From Yuukianura sp. NJ FZ-2021 (taxonomy: Eukaryota), in the NCBI GenBank assembly GCA_046563655.1, contig CM102283.1, forward strand, positions 5,828,001 to 5,892,000: a stretch of 64,000 nt of DNA. The letters are read 5' to 3'. This document shows positions 60,998 to 64,000 of this stretch, in pieces. The translations under genes were made by a program, and so were the position numbers. Positions within the stretch are counted from its first letter, which is position 1, and every line of letters begins with the position of its first letter. The notes under the pieces are model-generated. The model had not been told where the DNA came from, ran no database searches, and was given only the letters and a program-made list of their open reading frames with translations.

Positions 60998-62339
60998 CCG
61001 ACGAGGTGAGGACGTGAAGATGAGAAGACAAGGCAAGGGCAAGAATCACCACGTCTCCAAAAAACGCAATCAACCTCGAACTAAAACACTAAAAATTCTA
61101 ATAAAAATAATTATCTAAACTTACTAGTTGAGTTAGCAGTTATTGGCCTGATTTTACACGTAATTTAACTTCCAACTTTTAATTTTCATGTTTTAAAATA
61201 TAATTTTTATTTAGCATAGTTCGATGTTGATTATAAATTTTGCGGCGTGGCAGATAGTTCAAGTTGGACATGCCGACATGCGGCAAAGTGGAAATTCACA
61301 CTCTGCACATTTGTGGGATTCCAGAGCGGGCGGGTGGTTCCGACGAGCAAATTCGTACGAACCCTCAATATACATTTTTTATTAGAACGATGAACGAAAA
61401 CTTGCAAACGCCTGTGCAATTCCAATGTTCCCAATAAATTTACGACTACTTTTTGAAGTATTTTTTAGTACTTTATGAAATTCAGGTTACTATTTTGATA
61501 AAAGTATTACAAGACTTATTTAGAACAAACTACATCCGTATCAAGGTTGTGTCACAATTTGAATTTATTTGTATAGAAATAAGGCGATGAATTTCAACTC
61601 TTTTGTGTAAACCTTAATTAGCGAATCATAAATTATGCTGCATAATGCTATCTGAAATTAATATGACCTTAGCTTTTCCGTTGGATAAAATACCTCGGTT
61701 ACGGTGAAGCGACGTTTAGATACGTACGATCAAGCAGTATCGGTACCGCGCCGCACCTACGCTACACATATGTGGTTGTAAAGCATGGAGCACCATCTCC
61801 TCCAACCGCAACCAAACCAATATCACCAGCACCGGCCGCCGGGCCGGGTTTGGGGGGACCGGCAATTGAAGGCAGAAGGAAGGAACAATCCCTTATTCCA
61901 TGCCCCTTCTCCGCCTCCTTCCTCCCTCTCAACGTCAATGTCAATAGGCAGTTATCTGCAGCCCACGTATCTTGAAAACGTAAACGTATCACGTATCTTT
62001 TCGAAAAAGATACGTGAAGAGCTTGAGATACGTAAACGTATCTACTTACGTTAACGTAAAAATCAAAAAGATACGTGAGAGATACGGGAGACGTAAACGT
62101 ATCTTAAATTCCAAATCACACTCGGTTCAAAGTGTGAATCCCTTTAGAAGTATGTTTTGTATCTGTAACAGGTGCAAGTTGAAAATCACTTTTTTTCGTC
62201 TTTTTTTGTAAACAAAACGGACTTGCGCTAGACGTTACGGTTTTTGGTTTTGGGGCTTGCAGAAAACTGGTGAAAAAGATACGGGAAACGTATCACGTAT
62301 CTCAAAAAAGATACGTTACGTTACAACGTACGTTTCAAG

Positions 62340-63433
62340 CAGGCAGGCCCACCACACCTCCGTCTTACAGCCGGAACATCATACATCGGCACTTTTTTTT
62401 ATTTTTTTTATTCTGTAATCCCAAATCAACCATTCAGATGCTACATACTTACCACTATATTAAAACTCATTAAATTTCAACATTTAATTAAAGTTAGTGG
62501 TATAATTTCACTATCGTGGGCAAGCACCGATTTTTTTCAATTTTTTTTTGTAAACACCCTGTGGACCACTGATCGCAAAAATATATTTTTTTTTGAGGGA
62601 TCTCAAAAAAAAATATTTTTTCGAAATTTTGAAAAAAAAAATTCGAAATTTTTTATTGCGCCCGATTTTGCTCAAAATGAGTTTATAGACTAATTCATGT
62701 ATGGCAAACACGAATATGAAGGAATTGTTGTCCTAGGATGTAAGACAAAAAAGTTATGCGCTGCTGATATGATTTGACTCCATAAAATCTACTGTGTTTC
62801 CCGCGCCGAAGGCGCGGTGTTAGGTTTTAATAGTTCGCAATGCTTATTTCGTCTCGAGGTTAGGTTTTCTAAAGTTTGCTTAACTGATTCCGTCGTGAGG
62901 TAGGTTAGGTTTCTTAAAGTTAGGTTATATTTGCTTCACATTCCATTCACTTTTTCTTCCACTAACTTGTTGGTCTACATCCTACAGTAATAATTTTTTC
63001 ATATTCGTGTTTAGCACCCTTGAGTTAGTTTAAAAACTCATTTTGAGCGAAATCGGACACAAGAAAAAATTTCGAATTTTTTTTTTCAAAATTTCGAAAA
63101 AAAAAATGTTTTTTTGAGACCCCTCAAAAAAAATTGTATCTTCGTGATCAGGGGTCCATACAGTGTTTACAGAAAAAATTTGAAAAAATCGGTGCTTGCC
63201 CACGATAGTGAAATTTTTCCATATTTTTCGGTAGTGTAAAAGAAATTGATGTAATTGCAAGTTTTATAATTTTGCTGAAAACTTGTAACTTGCAATGTTT
63301 CATACCGTGTTCTAAAATTGTGTGAGCTCTGAGAAACAACCACAATCATTTGTTTGAATTATTTTTTAAATAACCAAAAAGTGCCGATGTATGATGTTCC
63401 GGCTGTAAGACGGAGGTGTGGTGGGCCTGCCTG
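62340..63433. mobile_element. hAT-like non-autonomous element inserted into the right TIR of the outer MITE
   Basis: About 57-bp perfect TIRs CAGGCAGGCCCACCACACCTCCGTCTTACAGCCGGAACATCATACATCGGCACTTTT and a perfect 8-bp direct repeat GTTTCAAG at 62332-62339 and 63434-63441. Confidence 0.92.
62509..63210. mobile_element. Inner foldback segment with about 250-bp inverted arms
   Basis: Arms begin CACTATCGTGGGCAAGCACCGATTTTTT. 62509-62755 is the imperfect reverse complement of about 62962-63210. TSD not resolved. Confidence 0.7.
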
Positions 63434-64000
63434 GTTTCAAGATACGTGGTCTGCAGATAACTGCCTAATATATGTAACGTCAATCGTACATTTAACGATA
63501 CGACCATCGTCGCTATATCGTTTTTTTTTATTTCTCACGCTTCTTGTTTCATCATCGCTCAGGGATGAATCATTCAGGATGTAGTACCGCAGTAACCAAA
63601 CCCTACATTAAAACTAACACCGACTTGGAATATTCAATAAAAGAATTTTAATATCATTATGTAAATGTAATGTAACCGAAACTAGGTGGGATTTGAAGAA
63701 ATGGATCTGACTTATGAAAACTAATTTACTTTAACAATAGAATTGCCTATTTGACAGACGCCTAGGGTTAGGAATGATCAAACAGAGATATGCGAAAGCT
63801 ATGAAAGAAACCGAAAAGAGATTCCATCCACAATGTGGTTGTGCTATGTGAGTCACCTCAGACCACACATAACGTACTGTTTTTAGAATATTTGGCGGAA
63901 CTCAACTAAAAAAGCTATACATCTATTTGAACAAATAGCATAGCATGCCGTGCTTGTAAACTACGGAGTGGTTACAACTTGTTGATTACAAAATTCAAAA

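Larger units (their letters stand above)
61945..63467. mobile_element. Outer MITE of a nested cluster
   Basis: 33-bp TIRs TAGGCAGTTATCTGCAG(C/A)CCACGTATCTTGAAA and many internal ACGTATC/GATACGT repeats. No clean 8-bp TSD. Confidence 0.8.

Noticed and set aside
62859-62930. TTAGG-like motifs as interstitial telomeric repeat
   Set aside because: Only one or two consecutive units, inside a transposon-derived segment.

Overview
This is eukaryotic, intron-rich and gene-dense DNA from an arthropod with very short (about 60-100 nt) introns. A compact hexapod genome such as a springtail is my inference, not verified. I could assemble 13 spliced protein-coding genes by hand: Patronin/CAMSAP (+), an orphan Cys/Pro-rich protein (-), failed axon connections (+), a BET double-bromodomain protein with short and long isoforms (-), valyl-tRNA synthetase (+), a GPATCH2-like protein (+), a divergent tetraspanin (+), a C6orf136/DUF2358 homolog (-), RIM (-), RpS8 (-), a glypican (+), CCDC43 (+) and EF-1alpha (-). 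A 14th gene, a five-exon FGF1/2-type growth factor (-), is split across several ORF-track entries and is easy to miss. The window also holds two identical tRNA-Trp(CCA) genes, three box C/D snoRNAs in RpS8 introns, and at least eight non-autonomous DNA-transposon elements, several nested and five with 8-bp target-site duplications. The most notable observations are: (1) the signal-less FGF begins with a cysteine string (MCCGDCCDCG), a possible palmitoylation anchor, and lies about 2.4 kb from a glypican; (2) the RpS8 snoRNA cluster includes a U46 equivalent, a candidate dual U6/28S guide and an 18S guide; (3) a possible sterically enforced mutually exclusive exon could swap out the BET SEED tract; (4) a GAA-triloop hairpin module is shared at the centre of two unrelated foldback elements. 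All calls come from manual reading and recalled family motifs; no searches were run.
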